31,670 bases of DNA from a virus. Lineage: Duplodnaviria > Caudoviricetes. Below the pieces are notes generated by a model, which saw only the letters and a list, made by a program, of their open reading frames with translations, was not told the origin of the DNA and searched no databases. The stretch is taken from positions 1 to 31,670 of IMG/VR virus record IMGVR_UViG_3300011337_000591; one strand, 5' to 3'. Shown piece by piece: positions 1-7,433 of this stretch (position 1 is the first letter of the stretch; each line of letters begins with the position of its first letter). The translations under genes were made by a program, and so were the position numbers.

Positions 1-127
1 ACCATGCGCCATCTGGCTCGCCTGTGGTTTCTACGATTCCTATTGCTTCGTGAACGATACGCTTGCCATAGGTTGCACAGCACTCTAAGTATTGCTTGCG
101 CTTAACACCTGTTTCACAAAGCAGATA
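1..127. repeat. Terminal direct repeat (copy 1), identical to 31544-31670; circular assembly overlap
   Basis: ACCATGCGCCATCTGGCTCG...CACAAAGCAGATA occurs at both ends; a minus-strand ORF reads in frame across the junction. Confidence 0.97.
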
Positions 128-322
128 AGCTTCTGTGCTGGGTGCTTCTTCATTGTCTGCGCAAGATAACCAGCCTTCGCCATCTAACCTCGGTATTAGA
201 TTGTTGGCTGTGGCAAATTCCCTTACAGAAGTGTTGGCTGTTTCTAATGTGCCGAACTTGGCAATTTCGGTGACCCCATCTTTGTAAGAAATCACGCTGA
301 ATGTTTCTAAAAATTGTTTCAT
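1..322 (-). CDS. 5' part of a 129-aa hypothetical protein spanning the circular junction (322->1, then 31543->31476)
   Basis: Manual translation MKQFLETFSVISYKDGVTEIAKFG...GEPDGAWSLMRDMCADTHAEIIEILYFEL*; AC-rich leader TAAACCACACACCAGTC-ATG; absent from the ORF track. Confidence 0.8.
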   Translation of the reverse strand, partial: MKQFLETFSVISYKDGVTEIAKFGTLETANTSVREFATANNLIPRLDGEGWLSCADNEEAPSTEAYLLCETGVKRKQYLECCATYGKRIVHEAIGIVETTGEPDGAW

Positions 323-336
323 GACTGGTGTGTGGT

Positions 337-507
337 TTATTGTGCTTTATATTGTTTCTTAATTTCGTTTTTCACTTCTGTGAATGGCTCTAATTCTGTT
401 GCGTAGTAGCCGACTTCTTTAATCATTTTTTGCTGTGCGTAAACCAAGGCGGAGTTCAAGATTTCCATTTGCTCTTGGCTTAAAACGATTGTAATTTGCT
501 TTTCCAT
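337..507 (-). CDS. Small hypothetical early protein (56 aa, MEKQITIVLSQEQ...)
   Basis: Start moved from 651 to 507, directly behind the CACACACACAC leader; removes overlap with the 542-1015 gene. Confidence 0.7.
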   Translation of the reverse strand: MEKQITIVLSQEQMEILNSALVYAQQKMIKEVGYYATELEPFTEVKNEIKKQYKAQ

Positions 508-541
508 GTGTGTGTGTGCTTTGTGTGGTTTAACTGGTTTA

Positions 542-1015
542 TTACGCTTGCTCTTGTTCTCTTTGAACGATTTCGGAAATCTGGTCGTATCCGCTGTGGT
601 AACCAATAAACATTTCTTGAATTGCGAGCCTGTGACAATGGTCAACAGCATTAGAAAGAACGCTGGTGCTTGTGCCGTTATGCTGGCAAAGTTTTTCTAT
701 TGAAAGCTGTTTGAATTTAGATAGAGCGAAGCATGGATTTTCACCTTTCAAAATAGCGCGCTCTATTGCTAAGAACATATTGGAATAGATTTCCAACTTG
801 CATTGTGAAACAACAGCACTTTCACCCCAGACCATTGCATCTAATAAGTTTACTGCACAGCGCTCTTGGAATTTTAGAATCGTTGTGGCGTGACCTTGCA
901 TGTGGCTGTAAATTGTTTGGAAAGTGTGCCTGTAATTGCGATAGATTTTCTCATGACATAGACATGCTGTTGCGACTTTGTCAAGTGTGCTTTGGATTGC
1001 TTTGTTGTTTTCCAT
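542..1015 (-). CDS. Hypothetical protein (157 aa)
   Basis: ORF with leader AAGTTAAACCATAAAAAACACACACACC-ATG; co-oriented with neighbours. Confidence 0.75.
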   Translation of the reverse strand: MENNKAIQSTLDKVATACLCHEKIYRNYRHTFQTIYSHMQGHATTILKFQERCAVNLLDAMVWGESAVVSQCKLEIYSNMFLAIERAILKGENPCFALSKFKQLSIEKLCQHNGTSTSVLSNAVDHCHRLAIQEMFIGYHSGYDQISEIVQREQEQA

Positions 1016-1047
1016 GGTGTGTGTGTTTTTTATGGTTTAACTTGTTT

Positions 1048-1248
1048 TTACTTTGCGATTGTTTGGGTTATGATTGCTTTTACCCATGCTTTGCCAAGCA
1101 CATATTCAAATGAAGAACCTGTGTGTGCTATTAGAATTAAGATTTGCTGTGGTGTTTTACCTTGCTTATCGAATTTCTTTGTTTGCTTAACAGCCAAGTT
1201 GATGAAGTCTTGCTTAACTTGGTTTGTGCTGTGTAGTGCGTTTTTCAT
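1048..1248 (-). CDS. Small hypothetical protein (66 aa, MKNALHSTNQ...), first gene of the leftward arm
   Basis: ATG at 1248 follows TAATTACAAACACACACACAAA; the longer ORF-track version runs through the promoter. Confidence 0.7.
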   Translation of the reverse strand: MKNALHSTNQVKQDFINLAVKQTKKFDKQGKTPQQILILIAHTGSSFEYVLGKAWVKAIITQTIAK

Positions 1249-1275
1249 TTTGTGTGTGTGTTTGTAATTATGGAG

Positions 1276-1305
1276 CGAAGTTAAAGCTTTTTTTTCATTG
1301 TGCAA
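1276..1305 (-). promoter_or_regulatory. Putative Bacteroidetes sigma-A-type leftward promoter (-33 TTG, 19 nt spacer, -7 TAACTTCG)
   Basis: Minus strand reads TTG-cacaatgaaaaaaaagctt-TAACTTCG; one mismatch to the TAnnTTTG consensus; located at the head of the leftward arm. Confidence 0.65.
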
Positions 1306-1386
1306 GTTTTTTTTAATGTTTTTTTTAAGAAATTTCACTTTCTTCAGTTTTTACTGATGGTTTGGAATGAGCTTTTTTTTGGCTTT

Positions 1387-1420
1387 TTTGGGTGCTGGCC
1401 AGCAATTTTCAGTATTTTTG
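1387..1420 (+). promoter_or_regulatory. Putative rightward promoter (-33 TTTG 1387-1390; -7 TATTTTTG 1413-1420)
   Basis: Exact TAnnTTTG 22 nt upstream of the VRR-NUC start, within the divergent intergenic region. Confidence 0.55.
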
Positions 1421-1442
1421 ACTGCAATAAACACCACACACA

Positions 1443-1793
1443 ATGCTCACAGGCGAAGCACACGTGCAATCTACTTTAATAAGCTATGTAAAATACCAAT
1501 ATCCCAGCCTACTTTATTGTGCTTCTGCTGGTGGAATGTTTACAACCTATAAACAAGCAAAGAAAATGGTAGCCACAGGTTACGTAAAAGGATTTCCAGA
1601 CCTGTTGTTCTTAGAACCAACGACAAAATACCATGGACTTTTTATAGAGTTGAAAACAGAGAAAGGAGTTTTGAGTAAAGAGCAGAAGTGGTGGTTACAA
1701 GAATTAAGAAAACGTAACTACATTGCAGAAGCATGTTATGGATTTGAGCATGCAAAAAAAGTAATAGACATGTACATGAGTGGAAAGATATAG
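1443..1793 (+). CDS. VRR-NUC domain (PD-(D/E)xK) nuclease
   Basis: E..VQ, GYVKGFPDL, GLFIELKTEKG.LSKEQK.W motifs typical of phage VRR-NUC proteins. Confidence 0.88.
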   Translation: MLTGEAHVQSTLISYVKYQYPSLLYCASAGGMFTTYKQAKKMVATGYVKGFPDLLFLEPTTKYHGLFIELKTEKGVLSKEQKWWLQELRKRNYIAEACYGFEHAKKVIDMYMSGKI

Positions 1794-2289
1794 GAAAGAA
1801 ATAGCACAGCATTACGAAGCTTGGTTAAACATTGCTTACAATCTAACCAAGAACAAAGAACAAGCTGTTGACCTTGTTCATGAAGTGCTGTTGCAAATCT
1901 TTTCCACAGAAGATAAAGAAATTGTGAATATCCGCAATTACGTTTCACACTCTATTTCATTAAGCTGGAAATCACCAAGAAGCGCATATCATTACAAGTA
2001 CACAAAGGTCCAGCGCTCTTTTGTTGAAATAACAAACCAGCACCAACCAAGTTCAACCATTGATTATTCAAGCAGAGTAATAAACGAGTACTTGGACTTT
2101 TGCATTTCGCGACTACCAGAATTTGAAAGAGAAGTTTTTTATCTTTACGCTTTGAATGATTTCAGTTACCAGAAGTTATCAAACGAAACAGGCATACCAA
2201 AAAAAGTTTTACAGCGTGCTGTGGCCAGCGCGAAACAAAAGTTAAACCAATCAATAGACCATGATAAGATTCGAAAGCATTATCAATAA
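1780..2289 (+). CDS. ECF/sigma70-like RNA polymerase sigma factor (probable late transcription regulator)
   Basis: Region-2-like AYNLTKNKEQAVDLVHEVLL and region-4 HTH LPEFEREVFYLY...SYQKLSNETGIP. Confidence 0.8.
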   Translation: MERYRKEIAQHYEAWLNIAYNLTKNKEQAVDLVHEVLLQIFSTEDKEIVNIRNYVSHSISLSWKSPRSAYHYKYTKVQRSFVEITNQHQPSSTIDYSSRVINEYLDFCISRLPEFEREVFYLYALNDFSYQKLSNETGIPKKVLQRAVASAKQKLNQSIDHDKIRKHYQ

Positions 2290-2839
2290 AAGAATGGAAA
2301 CGTGCAAGGCGTGTCCTATCTACAATCACACGTTCAACAGCTGTGGCAAGCCAATCGTACAGAAGTTGCTGAATGTGTTTAACGACCCTATTGAATTGGA
2401 TGGTGTGGTGTTTCAGCCCTGTGGATGCCACATGCCAACAAAGAGTAGATTCACTTTGTTTGATTGCCCAGCTGGTAGATGGGAACCTGTGGTTGATAAA
2501 TCTTTGAAGCAAGACTTAATAGAGCTGACACGAATGCTTCGTGGCAAAACAACAGCAACCTTAGATGATAGAAGAAACTTGCAAGCTTTATACAATGAAG
2601 CAATGCAAACAAAGATTGACATAACTACGGTAGGCTGTGCGCAATGTGTGAAGAGTGTTTTAGACAGCGTAGAACAGGAATTAAAGGACTTACCAAAGGT
2701 GATTGAACCAACAGCACCAACGCCAAGTGAAAGTGAAGATGCAGAAGCGCTAAAAGATTTGATAGCACAAAAAGAAAACTTAGATGCGACAGGCGTTAAA
2801 CCAAAGCGCAAGCCAAGAAAACCAAAACAAGAAAAATGA
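2261..2839 (+). CDS. Cys-rich putative metal-binding protein with basic C-terminal tail
   Basis: RMETCKACP, SCG, CGCHMPTK, CPAGRW, GCAQCV; tail KPKRKPRKPKQEK. Confidence 0.7.
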   Translation: MIRFESIINKRMETCKACPIYNHTFNSCGKPIVQKLLNVFNDPIELDGVVFQPCGCHMPTKSRFTLFDCPAGRWEPVVDKSLKQDLIELTRMLRGKTTATLDDRRNLQALYNEAMQTKIDITTVGCAQCVKSVLDSVEQELKDLPKVIEPTAPTPSESEDAEALKDLIAQKENLDATGVKPKRKPRKPKQEK

Positions 2840-3024
2840 TAACAGCTATTCTATATTTGATTGTGGCATTCTTGCACATGCTTACTATCTTATCTATGGT
2901 AAGCGATTACCAATCACGCATAACAAAAAAAGAACTTGTTGGCATGGCCATCATGTCCTTACTTTTCCCTGTGTTCTGGCTGGTTATGGCATTCTATTGG
3001 ATAAAAGAATATTTTAAGCGTTAA
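2836..3024 (+). CDS. Small membrane protein (two predicted TM helices)
   Basis: 62 aa with two hydrophobic stretches; start overlaps the upstream stop codon. Confidence 0.65.
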   Translation: MITAILYLIVAFLHMLTILSMVSDYQSRITKKELVGMAIMSLLFPVFWLVMAFYWIKEYFKR

Positions 3025-3038
3025 AGAAAACTTTAACG
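3019..3038. other. Perfect inverted repeat CGTTAAAG-aaaa-CTTTAACG (operator or RNA hairpin)
   Basis: 8-bp perfect stem over the stop codon of 2836-3024; no U-tract follows. Confidence 0.5.
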
Positions 3039-3059
3039 GCATGTTTACAACTGAATTTT

Positions 3060-3355
3060 AGATTACTACTTTCTTGGTGCAACTTTGGTTTCTATTCTGG
3101 GCGGAGTAATAACATTGGCGGAATAGTTTATCGTGCTACCAAGGGACACACACAAAGCACAGCGATGGCATAAAGGGAAGAGTCGCAAGATGTGTACACG
3201 AGTTGGTTATCGTGTTAAAGTAGTTCCCAAGTTTGCTTGCACCAGCGCAGAGCAAATATCCGACAAAGCGAGCAACTCATTCTGTGAATGATAATCGCAA
3301 AGGGTTCATGACCACAGGTGGCAAGCCTGTTGGGACTCCTCATGTAATCCTTTAA
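3060..3355 (+). ncRNA. Candidate large structured non-coding RNA (unclassified)
   Basis: Largest non-coding gap of the genome, tiled by helices: 3092-3099/3119-3126, 3133-3137/3156-3160, 3175-3179/3224-3228 (enclosing a GCAA tetraloop hairpin and 3196-3201/3210-3215), 3232-3237/3251-3256, 3277-3282/3286-3291, and nested 3299-3306/3346-3353, 3307-3311/3340-3344, 3314-3319/3325-3330; G-U pairs favour the + strand. Confidence 0.5.
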
Positions 3356-3390
3356 GCTCACAATCTATTCAATGAATAATAATCATAAAG

Positions 3391-3398
3391 TATATTTG
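3391..3398 (+). promoter_or_regulatory. Bacteroidetes -7 promoter element TATATTTG upstream of the modification cassette
   Basis: Exact TAnnTTTG ending 4 nt before the ParB ATG (near-leaderless transcript). Confidence 0.6.
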
Positions 3399-3402
3399 TA
3401 AT

Positions 3403-3996
3403 ATGAAAACAATATCTAAGATTGAATATGTGGGTATCAACAAGATTAAACCACATGCACAGAATCCAAGAATCATAAAAGATGGTAAGTTCAAACAACT
3501 TGTGAATTCTATTAAAGAATTGCCAGACATGTTAGAGATGCGACCAATTATTGTGAATGAAGATTATGTTATCCTTGGTGGTAACATGCGTTGGAAAGCA
3601 TGCAAAGAAGCTGGGTTGAAAGAAGTTCCTATTATGATTGCTCGTTGGTCGGAGAAGCAACAGAAGGAATTCACAATCAAAGATAATGTTTCTTTCGGTG
3701 AATGGGATTGGGATATGCTGGCCAACCAATGGGAACAAGACAACCTATTAGAATGGGGATTGGACTTTCCACACTTTAACACAGAGCATGAAGTAGAAGC
3801 GAAGGGAAGAATGTTGGCAACCTTAGATGAGAAGATGGACACCTACTTGAATGCCAGCATAAAGCAAATCGTTTTGTATTACGAATTCAAAGAGTATGAA
3901 GAGGTGCTTAACAAGATAGACAAGATTGCAGAGGAGTTAAACTTGCCAGATAATTCAAGTGTGATTAAACACCTATGTGATAACTATGGAAAGTAA
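3403..3996 (+). CDS. ParB/Srx N-terminal domain protein of the DNA-modification-associated type
   Basis: IKPHAQNPR, LVNSIKE, RPIIVNEDYVILGGNMRWKAC, IKDNVSFGEWDWDML; short helical C-terminus with no methyltransferase domain. Confidence 0.88.
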   Translation: MKTISKIEYVGINKIKPHAQNPRIIKDGKFKQLVNSIKELPDMLEMRPIIVNEDYVILGGNMRWKACKEAGLKEVPIMIARWSEKQQKEFTIKDNVSFGEWDWDMLANQWEQDNLLEWGLDFPHFNTEHEVEAKGRMLATLDEKMDTYLNASIKQIVLYYEFKEYEEVLNKIDKIAEELNLPDNSSVIKHLCDNYGK

Positions 3997-4726
3997 TTAC
4001 ATTGTGTGTGTGATATCCACACAAAGAGCGCAGAACGTTCCAGAGATACAGAAGTTCTACCCGAACAGCGAGTTGGTGTTTTTTGTTTCTAAGAACGAAG
4101 GCCTATCCTATAAGAAGTTTGGTGCAAAGCACGTAGTAGAATGCGAACGTAATATCAGCACAGCACGTAACGAATCTTTCCTTTATTGCCAGCAAAGAGG
4201 TAAGTATTGCGTGCAGACCAGCGATGATATGCGAGGAATAACGATGATAAAGGATGGCAAGAAAACACCTTGCACCACTTATGAAGCAATAGAGGACATG
4301 ATTGCTAAGATGGAAGAAACAGGCGCGATGATTTGTGGTGTGGCAATTACAGACAACTTGTTGAATTACAAGGTGGATTGGCGAAAAGATAAGCTGATTG
4401 TGAACGACCTTATTGTAATTTCACCAAAGAACGAAATCTTGTACGACAAAGGCGCTTTCCTAAAAGAAGATTATGACATGTATGTTATGCAGATGCAAGC
4501 TCACAAGATTGTTTTGCGTGCAGATAAATACATGTGCAGATTTCCACACAGGGAAAATAAAGCTGGTGCGAACACATACAGAACGCACGACTTAGAAAAG
4601 CAACAGAATGAATACGTTATGCGCAAGCATGAAGGAATAATTGTTTTGCATAGCAGAAGGGAAAACCAAGTGGAAATCAACTACAAGAAACTCTATGCAG
4701 ATATTTCTTATTCACCTAATCAATAG
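3986..4726 (+). CDS. GT-A fold glycosyltransferase, TET/JBP-associated (TAGT/GREB1/JGT-like)
   Basis: N-terminal VISTQR, ISTARN, QTSDD acidic motif, LKEDYD, C-terminal H..NKAGA; located in a cluster with a TET/JBP oxygenase. Confidence 0.75.
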   Translation: MESNYIVCVISTQRAQNVPEIQKFYPNSELVFFVSKNEGLSYKKFGAKHVVECERNISTARNESFLYCQQRGKYCVQTSDDMRGITMIKDGKKTPCTTYEAIEDMIAKMEETGAMICGVAITDNLLNYKVDWRKDKLIVNDLIVISPKNEILYDKGAFLKEDYDMYVMQMQAHKIVLRADKYMCRFPHRENKAGANTYRTHDLEKQQNEYVMRKHEGIIVLHSRRENQVEINYKKLYADISYSPNQ

Positions 4727-5657
4727 TTTCAACCTTGGTGGTAGCACCACTTATCTTATACACTTGCACGAGCAATTCAAGTTAAGTGGTTATGACCCAA
4801 TCGTGTTGAAAGTTGGTAAGCGCAAGCGCACAGATTACTACTATCATGTGCCTGTGCATTACATAACAGAGGGTGAAATAATTCATATCGCAAAAAATAA
4901 TCGTTGTCTTATTACCTATTGTTTTTGGAAAGATAACGCTACGCTCTGCAAGAAACTCATATCACTTGGCGTGCCTTTGGTTATGCATGACCCAGCTGAA
5001 TTTCATGAAGAGTGGTTGAAGATTGCAAGAAGTGTGAATAATACCATTGTGATTCGTGAAAAGAACAGAAAAAACTTGGAAGAACTTGGTGTGCAAAGCA
5101 CATTCATTCAGCATCCTTACGTTCGTGGTGCGCAGAAACAACCAAAGAGCAAGTTCGCAATCAACTTTACAAGAGTAGATTTTAGAAAGCACACAGAAAT
5201 CGTGTGTGAATATAACGAACAGCACATGCAGAAGATAGAAATTTATGGTGAAGTAAACAGAATGATGGATTTCCATAAGCTACAAAAGAAGCACCCAGCA
5301 TGGAAAGAAAATTACCATGGCAAGATACCAGAAGTTTTCGGCGAGCAAGTAAAGTTAGTTTCACAATATGAATACGCGATAGACTTAACAGCAATCGCAA
5401 GTGATGGTGGCGGAACTCAGTATTGTTTCTTAGAGTCATGGGATGCTGGCTCTTATCTTATCTTAAATAAGCAATGGGACACAGGCCAAGATTCTATTTT
5501 GAAAGATGGCGTAAATTGTTTGTTTGTTGCAGATGCCAACGAATTAGCCATGGTGCTAAATGAAAAAAGAAAATATGACTTGCGTGGTGTTTCGGCTATG
5601 CTTGATTATCACCACTTTGAAAAAGTAATACCACAATACACAAAGATTTGTGGATAA
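4695..5657 (+). CDS. GT-B fold glycosyltransferase, paralog 1 (320 aa)
   Basis: NLGGSTTY, VMHDP, TRVDFRKH, DGGGTQYCFLESWDAG (GT4-like E motif), LKDGVNC; ATG 4695 aligns with the start of paralog 2. Confidence 0.78.
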   Translation: MQIFLIHLINSFNLGGSTTYLIHLHEQFKLSGYDPIVLKVGKRKRTDYYYHVPVHYITEGEIIHIAKNNRCLITYCFWKDNATLCKKLISLGVPLVMHDPAEFHEEWLKIARSVNNTIVIREKNRKNLEELGVQSTFIQHPYVRGAQKQPKSKFAINFTRVDFRKHTEIVCEYNEQHMQKIEIYGEVNRMMDFHKLQKKHPAWKENYHGKIPEVFGEQVKLVSQYEYAIDLTAIASDGGGTQYCFLESWDAGSYLILNKQWDTGQDSILKDGVNCLFVADANELAMVLNEKRKYDLRGVSAMLDYHHFEKVIPQYTKICG

Positions 5658-6612
5658 GATATATCTGTTGCATCTGTGCAATGTTTATACGCTGGCTGGA
5701 ACAACCTCTTATCTGTTGCACCTATGCCAACAGCTACAACAACTTGGGTATGAACCAATCGTTCTTAAATCTATTCGCGCCAAAGAACGCAAGCCATACT
5801 ACAATCTGGCTGTGCATTACCTTTCCGATAACGACATTGTTGAAATAGCAAAGCGTAACCACATACTGATTACGAATGCGTATCTTGTTGGTCACCATAA
5901 TCTTGTTGAAAGCCTGTTGAAATACAGAACGAGTGTGGTTATACACGACCCTTTGGAAGTAACCAGCTACACGAAAAGCATCCTTGCACAATTTCACACC
6001 ATCATTACCATTCGCGAAAGTGTTTACCAATGGTTGCACCACAGCTTTACACATGTTATTCACATACCACACCCATACAACAGCGCCAATGCAAGCGCCA
6101 AGCGTGATAAACTATGCGCATGTATAACGCGATTAGATTATTGCAAGAACATTCCAACAATCTTAAAGGCCACAGATGAATTTCCTATTGACTTTTTTGG
6201 GCAGATACAAGATGACTATGCGATAGCAGAGTTAGATACCCAGCACCAAGGTTGGAAAAAGAACTACAAAGGACCTATGCAAGCGCAAATCGGCACAGCG
6301 TGTAACATTCTTGCACAATACAAGTACAGCATTGACCTTACCACAATTCCTTTGGATGGTGGTGGCACACAATATTCGTTCTTGGAATCTTGGGATTCTG
6401 GTGCAATCTTAATCGTTCACAAGAATTGGTTGCGTAGTGGTGGCACGTTGCAAGATGGTGTGAATTGCTTGGCTGTAAACAATGAACACGACATTAAAGA
6501 AATCTTTATACAACAAAAAACTTATGATTTGCAAAGCATGAAAGATTACTTACATTTGCATAGCACACACAAAGTAGGAGTGCGATACATACACACGTTA
6601 TGCAAGTCATAG
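5650..6612 (+). CDS. GT-B fold glycosyltransferase, paralog 2 (320 aa)
   Basis: TLAGTTSY, VIHDP, TRLDYCKN, DGGGTQYSFLESWDSG, LQDGVNC; collinear with paralog 1. Confidence 0.78.
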   Translation: MDKIYLLHLCNVYTLAGTTSYLLHLCQQLQQLGYEPIVLKSIRAKERKPYYNLAVHYLSDNDIVEIAKRNHILITNAYLVGHHNLVESLLKYRTSVVIHDPLEVTSYTKSILAQFHTIITIRESVYQWLHHSFTHVIHIPHPYNSANASAKRDKLCACITRLDYCKNIPTILKATDEFPIDFFGQIQDDYAIAELDTQHQGWKKNYKGPMQAQIGTACNILAQYKYSIDLTTIPLDGGGTQYSFLESWDSGAILIVHKNWLRSGGTLQDGVNCLAVNNEHDIKEIFIQQKTYDLQSMKDYLHLHSTHKVGVRYIHTLCKS

Positions 6613-7433
6613 AAGTAAAGGCCAATCCAATAAACGCAAAGGAATACAAATCAAGATTTGCTGTTGAAGGCGATGCAGAAATTCTAATCAAAGAAGATAC
6701 ACTTCTGGTTGAAGATGGGCAACCTATTGTCCTTTACAAGAAAATAGATTGGTGCGATACAGAAGAACTGCGACAGGCTTGCCACACAATAAAGTACACA
6801 ACAGATACTCGCTTGCCTAAAAAGAATCAGCCAGGAATTACGACTCGCTCTGCAATCTTTGGTTACAGGCCAAGAATTCCATTACGCCAAGATTTCTGTA
6901 GTGCTACTTCTATGGCATGGGTAAACAGCGAAGAGCACCAAGTGGTTACCAACTTTGCTTCTAAGCTTAGCGACATTTACAAAGAGTACTTCCCCGAAAC
7001 ATTTGCACAGCATGAAGAGAAGATGTCACGTGTGAAAGACGAGTGGCGCATACCGAACTCTGTATTCACAAGCGGAATTATCAACAAAGATAACGTGCTA
7101 CGCTATCACCATGACACAGGCAATTTTCGTGGAGTGCTTTCTAACATGGTTGCATTCAAAAATGGAATTGTAGGTGGCCGACTTGTTATGCCAGAGTATA
7201 ACATGAAGTTTGAAATAGGCGACAACACCATAACCATCTTTGATGGCCAAAGTATTATTCATGGCGTAACACCAATAAACAAGTGGAAACCAGATTCATA
7301 CAGATACACGCTGGTTTACTATTCGTTGGAACAGATGTGGAAATGTGACACAATTAAAGAAGAGGTGTTAAGAATACGCAAGCTTAAATTGGAACGTGAA
7401 AAGAAAAGATTAAACCATGGCAAAGAGGAGTGA
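6600..7433 (+). CDS. TET/JBP-family 2OG-Fe(II) dioxygenase (5-methylpyrimidine oxygenase)
   Basis: FTSGIINKD, HxD in YHHDTGN, GGRLVMPEY, distal His in IIHGVTPI, 2OG-binding Arg in YRYTLVYY. Confidence 0.88.
   Translation: MQVIEVKANPINAKEYKSRFAVEGDAEILIKEDTLLVEDGQPIVLYKKIDWCDTEELRQACHTIKYTTDTRLPKKNQPGITTRSAIFGYRPRIPLRQDFCSATSMAWVNSEEHQVVTNFASKLSDIYKEYFPETFAQHEEKMSRVKDEWRIPNSVFTSGIINKDNVLRYHHDTGNFRGVLSNMVAFKNGIVGGRLVMPEYNMKFEIGDNTITIFDGQSIIHGVTPINKWKPDSYRYTLVYYSLEQMWKCDTIKEEVLRIRKLKLEREKKRLNHGKEE

Noticed and set aside
1-127. 127-bp terminal repeat as a biological direct terminal repeat of the virion DNA
   Set aside because: The length equals a common assembler k-mer size and the repeat falls mid-gene, so it is best explained as circular contig overlap
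500-1270. TG/CA dinucleotide runs as a CRISPR array or microsatellite locus
   Set aside because: Short, irregularly spaced and always directly upstream of start codons; no constant repeat-spacer period and no cas genes
506-1552. Plus-strand Cys/Phe/Val-rich ORFs 506-703, 766-1113, 992-1267 and 1367-1552
   Set aside because: Antisense shadows of the leftward genes or overlapping the promoter region; composition reflects the TG runs
3060-3355. tRNA, tmRNA, hammerhead ribozyme or group I intron
   Set aside because: No T-loop GTTCRA cloverleaf, no CTGATGA/GAAA core, no tag reading frame and no interrupted gene; kept only as an unclassified structured element
3403-3996. ParABS plasmid-prophage partition system
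   Set aside because: No ParA, no central HTH domain and no parS repeats; the context is a DNA-modification operon
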